Below are positions 1 to 8,982 of a DNA stretch of 64,000 nucleotides, piece by piece (positions within the stretch are counted from its first letter, which is position 1; each line of letters starts with the position of its first letter). A program made the position numbers and the translations under genes. The notes below the pieces were generated by a model, which saw nothing but the letters and a program-made list of their open reading frames with translations, had not been told where the DNA came from and ran no database searches. Origin of the DNA: Candidatus Nanopelagicales bacterium. GTDB lineage: Bacteria; Actinomycetota; Actinomycetes; S36-B12; UBA5976. The DNA lies in the NCBI GenBank assembly GCA_044343935.1, contig JBIJDU010000003.1, forward strand, positions 5,365 through 69,364, in the 5' to 3' direction.

Positions 1-393
1 AACTGGTTCGTCGGCAGATTCAAAAATAAATTCATAACTATCTTCAACGACATGGCCATCGGCCGAAACTACACGGTAATTAACAAAGTAAGAACCAGAA
101 ACTGTGGCATCGGGCAAACTAACTGTTACCAAATTACCCGAAACAACTGAATCCATTAAATCAATCTGCACTCCGGCAACGTCAGTAACTGAAACGAAGT
201 TAACCTGCTGCTCCTGAGTAGTTATTAAATCCTCATTGAATTGGAGCACCACTTCTTTTGGCCAGGTAGTCACTAACTCATCTGCAGCAGGTGATGCCGA
301 CTCTAGGTCAGCATGTGCAAAAACTGGTGAAATCAAGACATAGCCAGAGATGAAGAGTGAAGCAATTAGTATTTTAAGTTTGCGGCGATGCAA
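1..393 (-). CDS. CopC-domain copper-binding protein (5' part; gene runs off the left edge)
   Basis: Not in the ORF track because there is no stop in the window. The minus-strand frame is open from 393 to 1 (131 codons). TTG at 393-391 directly follows the TAA (396-394) of the upstream ORF. Translation MHRRKLKILIASLFISGYVLISPVFAHADLESASPAADELVTTWPKEVVLQFNEDL...GSYFVNYRVVSADGHVVEDSYEF gives a signal peptide followed by a CopC/YobA-type pattern (HA.L..S.P ... Y.V.YRVVS.DGH). Confidence 0.65.
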   Translation of the reverse strand, partial: MHRRKLKILIASLFISGYVLISPVFAHADLESASPAADELVTTWPKEVVLQFNEDLITTQEQQVNFVSVTDVAGVQIDLMDSVVSGNLVTVSLPDATVSGSYFVNYRVVSADGHVVEDSYEFIFESADEPV

Positions 394-630
394 TTATTTT
401 CCTTTTCCTCTGCCAAACAAGATCATCAATGAAACTACAATGGAAGCACCAGTTGCCAAAACTCGTTGAATTCTTAAATTACCAGCTTCATCAAAAAAGA
501 ACTCACGTAATGAATTAGTGGTTTGTCGCTTTATGCCTTCTTTTGAGAGGGCTTCGGACACTTCATCAATGCTTTCGGCAAGCTTCTTGCGCGCGGCTTC
601 AGCCTGATTTTCCAGATCATCTAGCGACAT
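394..630 (-). CDS. small tail-anchored membrane protein, family not recognised
   Basis: 78-aa ORF. The N-terminal half is charged and helical (LENQAEAARKKLAESIDEVSEAL). There is one C-terminal TM segment (VLATGASIVVSLMILFG). Its stop abuts the CopC start. Confidence 0.5.
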   Translation of the reverse strand: MSLDDLENQAEAARKKLAESIDEVSEALSKEGIKRQTTNSLREFFFDEAGNLRIQRVLATGASIVVSLMILFGRGKGK

Positions 631-658
631 AATTCCTCCGAGGCAATTCTACGCCTAG

Positions 659-1423
659 TTACTTTTTGGCCAGCGAAGGATCTAATTTAAAGCCAAAGGG
701 CAGTTCTAGCCGGTGCTGTTTGATTAATGCTTCATCACTGAGCAATTCATAAGTGCTTCGGTCGGCAACTATGGTGCCAGAACTTAAAATAACGGAGCGC
801 GAACACAACTCAAGTGCATAAGGCAGATCATGTGTCACCATCAACATTGTGATATCTAACGAATCAAGAATCTCAGCAATTTCGCGACGGGCGGCCGGGT
901 CCAAATTGGAACTTGGTTCATCCAGCACCAAAATCTCTGGCTTCATTGCTAACACAGTTGCGATAGCTACTCGACGTCGTTGGCCAAAAGACAAATGTTG
1001 TGGTGATCGATCAGCAAATTCCAGCATACCTACTGCAGCAAGCGAAGCAATAACAGTTTCGGTTAGGGCATCTCCAACAACTCCCATATTGGACGGCCCA
1101 AATGCCACATCGTCGCGCACTGTTGGCATAAACAATTGATCATCTGGATCTTGAAAAACGATGCCTACTTTACTGCGAATTTGTTTAATATTTTCTTGAT
1201 TAACTGGCATACCAGCAATTCGAACTTCTCCTACACCTGGAAACAAAATGCCATTTAGATGCAACACTAAAGTTGTTTTACCAGCACCATTTGGACCAAG
1301 CAGAGCAATTTTCTCGCCTCGATGGACATGCAAGTCAACACCAAACAACGCTTGATGACCATCTGGATAGGCATAAGCAACCCGATTGAGTTCTAGGACT
1401 GGGTCACTCAAAAAATCCTCCAA
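659..1423 (-). CDS. cbiO: ECF-type cobalt/nickel transporter ATPase
   Basis: Walker A GPNGAGKTT, signature LSFGQRRR and Walker B ILVLDEPSS. It overlaps the upstream T-component gene by 16 nt. Confidence 0.9.
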   Translation of the reverse strand: MEDFLSDPVLELNRVAYAYPDGHQALFGVDLHVHRGEKIALLGPNGAGKTTLVLHLNGILFPGVGEVRIAGMPVNQENIKQIRSKVGIVFQDPDDQLFMPTVRDDVAFGPSNMGVVGDALTETVIASLAAVGMLEFADRSPQHLSFGQRRRVAIATVLAMKPEILVLDEPSSNLDPAARREIAEILDSLDITMLMVTHDLPYALELCSRSVILSSGTIVADRSTYELLSDEALIKQHRLELPFGFKLDPSLAKK

Positions 1424-2184
1424 TTAATAACTAAAACCAAAACTGCAGCCAGCGGCAAAACAAAACCAATCGCCCATTGCGACGGCGTCGCAACTGCTAT
1501 TTGATAGCTAGGCATTTTGCCTTGGTAGCCACGTGAAAGCATAGCCAAATGCACTCGCTCTCCTCGTTCATAGGCCCGGATAAATAACGCGCCAGCCGCT
1601 TTAGCAATAACTGGCCAAGATCTAATCCCTGTTTCAAAATAGCCGCGGCTTTGTCGAGCGATTCGCATTCGGCGCATTTCGTCAACAACTACATCAACAT
1701 ATCGAACCATGAATGCTGCAATCTCAACGAGCATATTTGGCACTTTAAGTCGTGATAGCCCGGAAAGCAGATCACGCATTGGCGTAGTTGATGCCAGCGT
1801 GATTGAACTAAGCACGCCAATCGTTCCCTTAAACAGCAATCCAATTCCAGCCGTAAGCCCAGCTTGCGACAACTCCAGACCTAATACTTGAACGTACGGT
1901 CCGGCAGAGAAAAATGGCATCAAAATAGCAAAAATGACAAATGGCACTTCAATTACCATTCTTCGCAACACCGTTAGTGGTGGCAGCTGGGCAATTGCTA
2001 TTACTGTCAAGATAATTGCAATATAAGTAACAAACAGCCACCAATTACCAAGTGGCGTGAGCACTACTACAAAAACGAAAAACAACATTGCCAGAACCTT
2101 TACTTCAGCTGGAAGTCGATGGACTACTGAATCGCGCGCAATGAGAAGCTTTCCAGCAATATCGTGCTGTTGACTAGTGCCCAA
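1408..2184 (-). CDS. cbiQ: ECF transporter transmembrane (T) component
   Basis: Polytopic membrane protein with the cytoplasmic ARQSRG-type coupling helix region (RIARQSRGY). It sits between the PDGLE gene and cbiO. Confidence 0.85.
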   Translation of the reverse strand: MGTSQQHDIAGKLLIARDSVVHRLPAEVKVLAMLFFVFVVVLTPLGNWWLFVTYIAIILTVIAIAQLPPLTVLRRMVIEVPFVIFAILMPFFSAGPYVQVLGLELSQAGLTAGIGLLFKGTIGVLSSITLASTTPMRDLLSGLSRLKVPNMLVEIAAFMVRYVDVVVDEMRRMRIARQSRGYFETGIRSWPVIAKAAGALFIRAYERGERVHLAMLSRGYQGKMPSYQIAVATPSQWAIGFVLPLAAVLVLVINWRIF

Positions 2185-2193
2185 GTTCTATAT

Positions 2194-2487
2194 TTACTTT
2201 CGCTTCGCTAGGAATTTAAACATCAACGTTGATAGCGCCAACATTAGAAGAACTCCAATTACCCCTGCTAGCGCAACTGAAAGACGGTCATCGGCAATCC
2301 CAGAAATACCATAATCTGCAAGAGGTGAATCACCTAAGCCATGATCGGTCGCATCTGCCAAAAATCCCTTTTCTTCAGCGACTTTTTCTAAACCGTCGGG
2401 ATCGCCACTTGCGTAATATGAAACAACGCCAGCAAGGATTAAAGTTACAAATACGCCAAGCGCGAAGAATTTATTTTTTAGCTTCAT
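2194..2487 (-). CDS. PDGLE-domain membrane protein (CbiN-position accessory subunit)
   Basis: 97 aa with N- and C-terminal TM helices and a literal GDPDGLEKV motif. It occupies the cbiN position between cbiM and cbiQ. Confidence 0.8.
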   Translation of the reverse strand: MKLKNKFFALGVFVTLILAGVVSYYASGDPDGLEKVAEEKGFLADATDHGLGDSPLADYGISGIADDRLSVALAGVIGVLLMLALSTLMFKFLAKRK

Positions 2488-3170
2488 TAACTAACCTTGC
2501 TTTCCCTAATCTCAAGCTCAGCCTTCACTTTCCCGCGAGCACCAAAAACTAAATCAGGTCGTAGCGCAAGTACCGCAGACACAGTCAGCAAAGTAATAAT
2601 GCCCTCGCCAATTCCGATCAACACATGCACACTAAACATGGCAATAAACACATCCATGATGTCTAGCGTGCCGGTGCCACCTAACGCATATTGGAAAACA
2701 AATGCACTAGCCGATGCCGGCACCGAAACAAGCGCTGCCAGAAACGCTCCAACGATCACACCAGTGCGGCCACGAATAAATTTTGTAACTAACTGAAAGA
2801 CCAACCAGCCCGCAATAACCGTAATAATTGCCATATTGAAAACATTGAAGCCAAGCGCAGTTAGCCCGCCATCCGCAAACAACAATGCCTGCAAAATAAC
2901 TACTGTGCTAACCGCAATCATGCCGGTCCATGGCCCAACCAAAATTGCTGCTAACGCACCACCCATCAAATGGCCGCTAGTGCCCAGCGCAACTGGGAAA
3001 TTCAGCATCTGCGCGGCAAATACGTAAGCTGCTACTAAGCCAGCCATTGGGGCGGCTTTCTCATCTAATTCCGCACGAGCCTTGCTCAGGGCTACGGCAA
3101 GAATTGAGGCAGAAACAGCACCAGTTCCCAGTGAAACTGGAGCGTTTATAAAGCCATCGGGTGCATGCAT
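2487..3170 (-). CDS. cbiM: ECF cobalt/nickel substrate-capture subunit CbiM/NikM
   Basis: Start refined to the ATG at 3170-3168, with AAGGAG a few nt upstream. This gives the N-terminus MHAPDGF typical of the CbiM/NikM metal-binding N-terminus. The extra 58 codons of the tracked ORF run antisense through a tRNA gene and are discarded. Confidence 0.9.
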   Translation of the reverse strand: MHAPDGFINAPVSLGTGAVSASILAVALSKARAELDEKAAPMAGLVAAYVFAAQMLNFPVALGTSGHLMGGALAAILVGPWTGMIAVSTVVILQALLFADGGLTALGFNVFNMAIITVIAGWLVFQLVTKFIRGRTGVIVGAFLAALVSVPASASAFVFQYALGGTGTLDIMDVFIAMFSVHVLIGIGEGIITLLTVSAVLALRPDLVFGARGKVKAELEIRESKVS

Positions 3171-3206
3171 TGGATCTCCTTTGAGGGAAACCATAGAGCA
3201 AATCCA

Positions 3207-3233
3207 CCTTTTTGCAAACTCTTTGCAAAAAGG
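3207..3233. promoter_or_regulatory. perfect 12-3-12 inverted repeat in the cbiM leader (operator or RNA hairpin)
   Basis: CCTTTTTGCAAA-CTC-TTTGCAAAAAGG read directly from the sequence. It lies 37-63 nt upstream of the cbiM ATG, in the 107-nt gap between cbiM and the tRNA. Confidence 0.35.
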
Positions 3234-3277
3234 CCGCCGCGGCACGGGATTCCCCCCTGCATTACCCTTACCCCCCT

Positions 3278-3362
3278 GCGGAAGTGGCGAAATTGGCAGA
3301 CGCACTGGATTTAGGTTCCAGCGCTTTCGGGCGTAGGGGTTCAAGTCCCCTCTTCCGCACCA
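3278..3362 (+). tRNA. tRNA-Leu (anticodon UAG), CCA encoded
   Basis: Hand-folded. Acceptor GCGGAAG/CTTCCGC, D arm GCG-AAATTGGCAGA-CGC, anticodon arm CTGGA-TTTAGGT-TCCAG, long variable arm CGCTTTCGGGCGT, T arm AGGGG-TTCAAGT-CCCCT, discriminator A plus CCA. Total 85 nt. Confidence 0.93.
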
Positions 3363-3366
3363 AAAG

Positions 3367-3400
3367 AAAACCGAGTCAGATTTTTGTCTGGCTCGGTTTT
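3367..3400. terminator. bidirectional rho-independent terminator (tRNA-Leu / hpf)
   Basis: AAAACCGAGTCAGA-TTTTTG-TCTGGCTCGGTTTT hairpin with one G-T position. It has T-runs on the + strand and A-runs on the other side. It lies between the tRNA 3' end and the hpf stop (3417). Confidence 0.7.
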
Positions 3401-3416
3401 CTTTCTTTTAGATTAC

Positions 3417-3980
3417 TTAAGCGGTGCCGTTTTCCATCGTGATGATGCCATAGCTGTAGCCACGTCGCCGATAAACCACTGCAGGTTTATTGGTCCTAGT
3501 ATCTACAAAAATATAGAAATCATGATCCAGCATCTCCATCGCGTCAATTGCTTCTTCGCGAGTTAGTTTCTGGGCCAAATGCGACTTCTCCCTGACAATT
3601 TGATAGTCATCGGAAGCGAAATCTGTTGGTTCATCTTCGGGCAGCGCTAATGGCATCTCTTTAAGTGAACGATGCTTAACATCTTTATTTCGTTCATGCA
3701 CTTTACGAAGCTGCAATTCAAATTTTTCTGCTGCCATATCAAATGCCGAAATGTTGTCACTATTTGCTGCTTCGGCGCGCACTAATGGACCTGCGCCATG
3801 ACTGGTCAACTGAACTTTATGTGCACCATCTCCATGTCGAGGGTTCTGTTCCAAATTTACCTCAACATCTACTCGATCAATTCGAACGCCAAAGCGTTCC
3901 ATGCGTAATAACCGTTCATGCACTCGTTCTTTAAACGGATCACTCAGATGAGATTTCTTACTGTGAATTTGAATATCCAT
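3417..3980 (-). CDS. hpf: ribosome hibernation promoting factor (long form)
   Basis: N-terminal RaiA/HPF domain (MDIQIHSKK...RVDVEV...HKVQLT) plus a C-terminal dimerisation domain (FYIFVDTRTNKPAVVYRRRGYSYGII). Confidence 0.9.
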   Translation of the reverse strand: MDIQIHSKKSHLSDPFKERVHERLLRMERFGVRIDRVDVEVNLEQNPRHGDGAHKVQLTSHGAGPLVRAEAANSDNISAFDMAAEKFELQLRKVHERNKDVKHRSLKEMPLALPEDEPTDFASDDYQIVREKSHLAQKLTREEAIDAMEMLDHDFYIFVDTRTNKPAVVYRRRGYSYGIITMENGTA

Positions 3981-4117
3981 GCATGCCTCCTCGCCGGCGA
4001 TTTAGCTACCCCAAACCTACTCTCGAACCGACCAAGCTGTCATCTAATAATTCATCCCATTTCGGAAAAACTTGAGGGGTTAATCACACAAATAGGTGAG
4101 GGTTCATTAACAAATCG

Positions 4118-5782
4118 TTATTCCCTCGGGAAGGTAGCGCTTATCCCCGTCCCAATCTGATCCCATGATGATTGAGAACGCAGCCAGATTCGCTGTTGCC
4201 CATCTTGCGCAACCAGACTGCCAAATCCATTTGCGGCGAGGTAAGTGGCTCCAGCTGGTAATTGCACAATTGTTTGAGCCGCTGTTGCAATGTTCGCCAA
4301 CACAGCTACTGGCTCTTGCTGATTCGGGAAAAAAACTAACATGACAACTTCAGTTGAGCTAAACCAATTTAAGCTCGCCACACTTCCGGTTATATTCAGA
4401 ATAGTCAGTCTGTCTTGCAGCGCAATATTGCGATCCGATTTCGCCAATCGCACAATTGAAAGTGTTGCTTGAGAACCCGATTGGCTGATCACTGCAACTC
4501 TCACATTATCTGGGCCAACCATGGCATGACTAAGTTGTGAGCCAGGTGGGATTTCTAAATTTGCTGGCAACAGATTAATGCCATCATAACCAAAGAGCGT
4601 GCGACTGGATTGATTCACAAACCACAAAGTTCCATTGGCATCAAAATTTAAATCGGTAACTTGTGATACTTGATTTATTATTCGCGGCAGTTGAGAACGA
4701 TAGCCAACCGCAATTTCACCTCTACTTGGAAGTGAGACTGCAATGCGTTGCTCGTCGCTGGCGATACTTAGATCGCTTGGATTACTAAACTCTGATAGCC
4801 AGGAACTTACTCTCAAATTAGTGGTCGGTTGAACCAAATCACCACTAGTTGAAATTGCATAAAGGTTGGTTACTTTGACAGACCTATTTCCTGGCCAATT
4901 ATCAGTTGCCAAATCCATCGGATTAGCAATTCCACTTACGCTCAACAGCTGACCTCCAACCGTAACTTCTAGCTGAGCAACATCCGTAAGTGGCTGCAGC
5001 GTCTGTGCGAGTTGACCAATTAGCAAGGATTGCTCTCTGTTATTTAGACGAAGCAATTCCACATTGAAGTCCACAATGACTCGACTATCAATCTGCTGAA
5101 CCGATTCAAGCCCACCTGAGATTTGTGAATCCAGCAAATTCACCACCGCTGGTTTTAACCATTCATTACTGCCATAACTCAATGCCCGCACCAATTGAGT
5201 TGCAGCATCTAGTCGTTGTGAGATTGCAATAAAATCAGGGACCAGTTTTGTTCGCTGTTTATCAACAAACCATAAGGTTGCAATCTCGAAGTTCCGCTGA
5301 AATTCGGTTCTTGGTAGCAAAATACCGGCAGGTGGATTTGTTATTCGCCATTCACCCAATTCTTGAGTTAAAAAGAAATCAACCGATTGAGTGCCTAACG
5401 AGGGCGCAAATGATGGGCGAAACTCTTCGTCTAAGGTCAACTTAGGTATGCCAACTGCAGAAACAGTGGTCTGGTTGGCTTGGCTTAAGTTAAGTGCAGT
5501 TTCAAATACCTGAATACCTGCTGATGGTGACCATTCTGCCGCTATGGCATCAGCAAGATATTCACGAGCAATCGAATAGTCACCGAGCGGGCTCGCATTC
5601 GCAGCTAAAAATCCAGTCACAATTTCAAGTTGTGATGCGCCACGTCTTGGGGCACGCGGAAATATTGTTTCTGCTGGAGTTTGATCAACTGCACCAATTT
5701 CTAATCCAGACGTTACTGGACCAGCTGTTGGAATGCTGCCACAGCCTGCTAGCAATAAAAAGGTCAACAAATACTTTTTCAT
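4118..5782 (-). CDS. lpqB: lipoprotein LpqB
   Basis: Lipobox LLAGC at the N-terminus. It overlaps mtrB by 4 nt. The mtrA-mtrB-lpqB order is the conserved actinobacterial arrangement. Confidence 0.85.
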   Translation of the reverse strand: MKKYLLTFLLLAGCGSIPTAGPVTSGLEIGAVDQTPAETIFPRAPRRGASQLEIVTGFLAANASPLGDYSIAREYLADAIAAEWSPSAGIQVFETALNLSQANQTTVSAVGIPKLTLDEEFRPSFAPSLGTQSVDFFLTQELGEWRITNPPAGILLPRTEFQRNFEIATLWFVDKQRTKLVPDFIAISQRLDAATQLVRALSYGSNEWLKPAVVNLLDSQISGGLESVQQIDSRVIVDFNVELLRLNNREQSLLIGQLAQTLQPLTDVAQLEVTVGGQLLSVSGIANPMDLATDNWPGNRSVKVTNLYAISTSGDLVQPTTNLRVSSWLSEFSNPSDLSIASDEQRIAVSLPSRGEIAVGYRSQLPRIINQVSQVTDLNFDANGTLWFVNQSSRTLFGYDGINLLPANLEIPPGSQLSHAMVGPDNVRVAVISQSGSQATLSIVRLAKSDRNIALQDRLTILNITGSVASLNWFSSTEVVMLVFFPNQQEPVAVLANIATAAQTIVQLPAGATYLAANGFGSLVAQDGQQRIWLRSQSSWDQIGTGISATFPRE

Positions 5783-7269
5783 GAGAGCACAGCTGAACTT
5801 ACTTTTGGTAATTTAATGATGAAAGTGGTGCCACCGTTAACTGTGTCCTGCACCTCTATCTCGCCATCATGCTGCTTCACATCTTCCATGGCAATTGATA
5901 ATCCCAAGCCAGATCCACCATGATCGCGAGATCTAGATGGATCTGCTCGCCAGAATCGCTCAAACACTTGTTTTTTCTGGTCAACAGTCAAACCAACACC
6001 ATAATCAACAACGGCAATTACGCACGAATCATCTGTGTCAAATATGACTATCTCTATTTGTGTTGTGCCAGAGTGTTTGATTGCATTGGTGACTAAATTT
6101 CGCAGCGCTCGCTCAATACGTCGACTATCAATGTTTATTGACAGTAGCGGTGCTGAATCAGTTACCTTGATCTGGATATTCGCAGCAGCTGCAACTGGCG
6201 CTACCGTATCCAAAGCACGCTGGACTAGTTCGGCAACCTGATAAGTTGAGATTTGTAGTGGTGATGCACCAGCATCCATTCGACTAATTTCCAGTAAGTC
6301 TGCCAGCATTATTTCAAATCTATCAAGTTCACCCTGTAATAACTCAGCAGCTCTCGCCATCTCTGGTGGAAATTCATCTCTTTTTGCATGTAACAAATCC
6401 GCTGCTAACCGCACGGTAGTTACTGGCGTACGTAATTCATGGCTTACATCAGAAACAAACCGCTGCTGCACAATTGATAACTCCTCTAGCCGCTTGATTT
6501 GCTTTTCTAAAGTTGCGGTCATTGAATTAAACGAGTGTGCCCAACGGGCGACTTCATCTTCGCCAGAAACTTGTAGTCGCTGATCTAACAATCCATTAGC
6601 AATTTTCTGCGCAGTATCTGCTGCTGCTCGAATTGGATCGGTAATTCTTCTGGTCAGAAAAATCACAACTAGAATCAAACTTGCTGCAAGCAGAATGCTG
6701 ATAAAGACAAGTGAGGACTGCACCACATCCAATAATTGTTGTTGTTGAGTTGTTGGGTAAAGTAGAAACAAGCCATATTGCTGTTGTTGGGCAATGCTAA
6801 GTGGTGCACCAACCGCAATTGCCGGAACACTACTGCCATCTACATAATTGATGGTGCTGTAGGTCCATTGCTGAGAATTCTCAGCAAATACTTTTACCAA
6901 CAACTCCGCAGTCACCGAACTTGGCAGCACAGAGTTAGTTGAACGCTCTGGTCCACCACCATTTGATAACAGCACTACTTCATAGGCAGCTGGCTCGCCA
7001 GAGCGTCTGGCTAAGGTTGCTACCACAGAATCAACCACCGCAGCGGTTGGTGGAACATTAGGTCCAAAAGAATCAACTACATCTTGCGCAAACTCAAGAC
7101 CAACTACCGCGTCAATTAGTGATTCATCAACTTTTGCCTCAACGACTCGAGTTTGTACTTGATTAATTAGCAGCGCAGCAGAACCAATAACTATAGCCAG
7201 GATCAAGAAACTGGAACTTGCTACCACTCGCAACGAAAGCGATCTTCGCCATCGCGCTAGCGGACTCAT
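5779..7269 (-). CDS. mtrB: sensor histidine kinase MtrB
   Basis: Two TM segments, a HAMP region, H-box SHELRTP and an ATPase G-box GGSGLGLSI. It overlaps mtrA by 4 nt. Confidence 0.9.
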   Translation of the reverse strand: MSPLARWRRSLSLRVVASSSFLILAIVIGSAALLINQVQTRVVEAKVDESLIDAVVGLEFAQDVVDSFGPNVPPTAAVVDSVVATLARRSGEPAAYEVVLLSNGGGPERSTNSVLPSSVTAELLVKVFAENSQQWTYSTINYVDGSSVPAIAVGAPLSIAQQQQYGLFLLYPTTQQQQLLDVVQSSLVFISILLAASLILVVIFLTRRITDPIRAAADTAQKIANGLLDQRLQVSGEDEVARWAHSFNSMTATLEKQIKRLEELSIVQQRFVSDVSHELRTPVTTVRLAADLLHAKRDEFPPEMARAAELLQGELDRFEIMLADLLEISRMDAGASPLQISTYQVAELVQRALDTVAPVAAAANIQIKVTDSAPLLSINIDSRRIERALRNLVTNAIKHSGTTQIEIVIFDTDDSCVIAVVDYGVGLTVDQKKQVFERFWRADPSRSRDHGGSGLGLSIAMEDVKQHDGEIEVQDTVNGGTTFIIKLPKVSSAVLS

Positions 7270-7946
7270 ACCACGCTCGCCTTGTAACCAACGCCTCTGA
7301 CAGTTAGCACAATTGTTGGATTCTCTGGATCGTCTTCAATTTTCGCACGTAGTCGCTGCACATGAACATTAACTAATCTGGTATCTGCTGGATGTCGATA
7401 TCCCCAAACCTCTTGGAGCAATACTTCCCGAGTGAAAACTTGGCCAGGTTTTTTCAGCAAGCAAACTAATAAGTCAAATTCCAGCGGGGTCAATTGAATA
7501 GCGCTGCCATTCTTATTGACAGTGTGCCCGTTAACATCAATTGACAGTGAGCCATAGGCCAATGATGCCGTGTCTTTAGTAATTTCTCGTCTTGCTCGTG
7601 CGCGCAGCCTTGCCACAAGTTCGCGTGGCTTAAACGGCTTAACAATGTAATCATCAGCGCCAGCTTCTAGGCCAAGCACCACGTCTGAGGTATCACCCCG
7701 CGCGGTAAGCATAATTATTGGCGTGCCAGATTCAGCGCGAATTTCCCGGCAAATCTGTACCCCATCTTTGCCCGGTAACATCACATCAAGTAACACTAAA
7801 TCAGGCTTTTGATTTCGGAATGTAGTTAGTGCAGTTGCGCCATCTAGACAAAATAGCGGCTCAAAGCCTTCGGCCCGCAGCACAATTCCCAGCATCTCGG
7901 CTAGGGCTGAATCATCGTCAACCACAAGGACACGAACTACACTCAT
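7266..7946 (-). CDS. mtrA: OmpR-family response regulator MtrA
   Basis: Start refined to the ATG at 7946 (MSVVRVLVVDDD). Receiver Asp in LVLLDVMLPGKDG. Winged-helix C-terminus (LTVRGVGYK). Confidence 0.93.
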   Translation of the reverse strand: MSVVRVLVVDDDSALAEMLGIVLRAEGFEPLFCLDGATALTTFRNQKPDLVLLDVMLPGKDGVQICREIRAESGTPIIMLTARGDTSDVVLGLEAGADDYIVKPFKPRELVARLRARARREITKDTASLAYGSLSIDVNGHTVNKNGSAIQLTPLEFDLLVCLLKKPGQVFTREVLLQEVWGYRHPADTRLVNVHVQRLRAKIEDDPENPTIVLTVRGVGYKASVV

Positions 7947-8007
7947 GGGGTAATCGTGCCACCTCCCCAAATTCACTGATCGGCACACCCGAAGGAGCAA
8001 AGACTAA

Positions 8008-8982
8008 ATGGCAAACCTAGGTAATGAACAGCCGTTTCCGGGTTCAATTCCATTCCGGCCGTTAGCTATCGGCGATATTTTAGCTGGATTGCTGCGCACC
8101 GTGAAGCTCACCTGGCGGGTGTTATTGGTGGTGGGTTTAGTAGTGGGATTTGCCGCCGGCGTCCTCTCGTTAGTTATCACTTTCATCTCTAACTTATTTG
8201 GCTTAGATGAAGCCGAGCAAACAATTGCCGAGTCGGCAGCTAACGCCACCACAAATGAAGAATTGATTGCCGCATTTGCAGATCTATCTGACAACCTATC
8301 TAGTATTTTGTTGGGCTTTTCACTTGCGCTGGTCTCAGCGTTGGTGATGCAAGTAATCGCAACAGGCGTTATTACACATATTGCAGCTGATGCCATCTTG
8401 GGTAAAAGGATTTCTGGAAGTGACGCATGGGTGCGAATTCAACCGCGGATTTTGGGATTAATTGGCTTATCAATTGCCGTGTTTTTGATTGCGATTGCTG
8501 GTGCTGCAATAGGCGTAGTGCCAATTTTGTTACTGGCACCGTTCACCTCTGGTATCTCTGCTGGTTTCATCATTATTGGATTGGTGGCAGCGTTAGTTTT
8601 TGCAATCGCAGTTAGCATTCGATTAGGACTTGCTGCACCGATTTACATTTTGGAGCAAACCACAATTGGCAAAGCACTAATTCGTTCAAATGAATTAGTT
8701 AAAGGCAGCAGTTGGCGAGTGTTGGGGTATGTAATTCTCAGTTCAATTATTGCGCAGATTCTTGGTAGTGTTTTCTCAGCACCAACTCAATCTGCCGCGA
8801 TTGCTGCTGCGGCAGCTGATCCTGCTTCGAGCACTGCAACTTTTTTGGAAAGTATTTCAACTGTTATATCAACTGCAGTTGCATTACCTGTAACCGCAAC
8901 CGTGCTCACCTTGGTCTACGCGGATTTACGCATTCGCAAAGAGAACTTTGCGGATGAACTACGCCGGGCTAGCGAGGGCTAG
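8008..8982 (+). CDS. polytopic membrane protein (glycerophosphodiester-phosphodiesterase membrane-domain-like), function unknown
   Basis: 324 aa with about 6 hydrophobic segments and the C-terminal motif [11 protein letters not shown]. Divergent from mtrA. The family call is from memory only. Confidence 0.55.
   Translation: MANLGNEQPFPGSIPFRPLAIGDILAGLLRTVKLTWRVLLVVGLVVGFAAGVLSLVITFISNLFGLDEAEQTIAESAANATTNEELIAAFADLSDNLSSILLGFSLALVSALVMQVIATGVITHIAADAILGKRISGSDAWVRIQPRILGLIGLSIAVFLIAIAGAAIGVVPILLLAPFTSGISAGFIIIGLVAALVFAIAVSIRLGLAAPIYILEQTTIGKALIRSNELVKGSSWRVLGYVILSSIIAQILGSVFSAPTQSAAIAAAAADPASSTATFLESISTVISTAVALPVTATVLTLVYADLRIRKENFADELRRASEG

Noticed and set aside
3235-3277. Two C-runs on the + strand (TCCCCCCT, ACCCCCCT) suggesting a 6C-type sRNA, or G-quadruplex on the minus strand
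   Set aside because: I could not fold the two C-loop hairpins characteristic of 6C RNA. Only three solid G-runs are present for a quadruplex. It is treated as part of the cbiM leader finding instead.
3171-3344. 5' extension of the tracked cbiM ORF (285 aa from ATG 3344)
   Set aside because: The extension runs antisense through a well-folding tRNA-Leu gene and encodes a Pro/Gly/Arg-rich peptide. An internal ATG at 3170 with a strong AAGGAG gives the canonical MHAPDGF CbiM N-terminus.
3278-3416. tRNA-Leu as an integration site for a mobile element (cbi operon or downstream genes as cargo)
   Set aside because: There is no integrase or recombinase ORF in the window. I did not spot a direct repeat of the tRNA 3' end elsewhere. 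The flanking genes are ordinary core-type genes.
8004-8396. 130-aa minus-strand ORF opposite the 324-aa membrane protein gene
   Set aside because: The + strand product has coherent TM architecture over 324 aa with a start just after the divergent mtrA region. The minus ORF is shorter, has no features, and would abut the mtrA ORF extension oddly.
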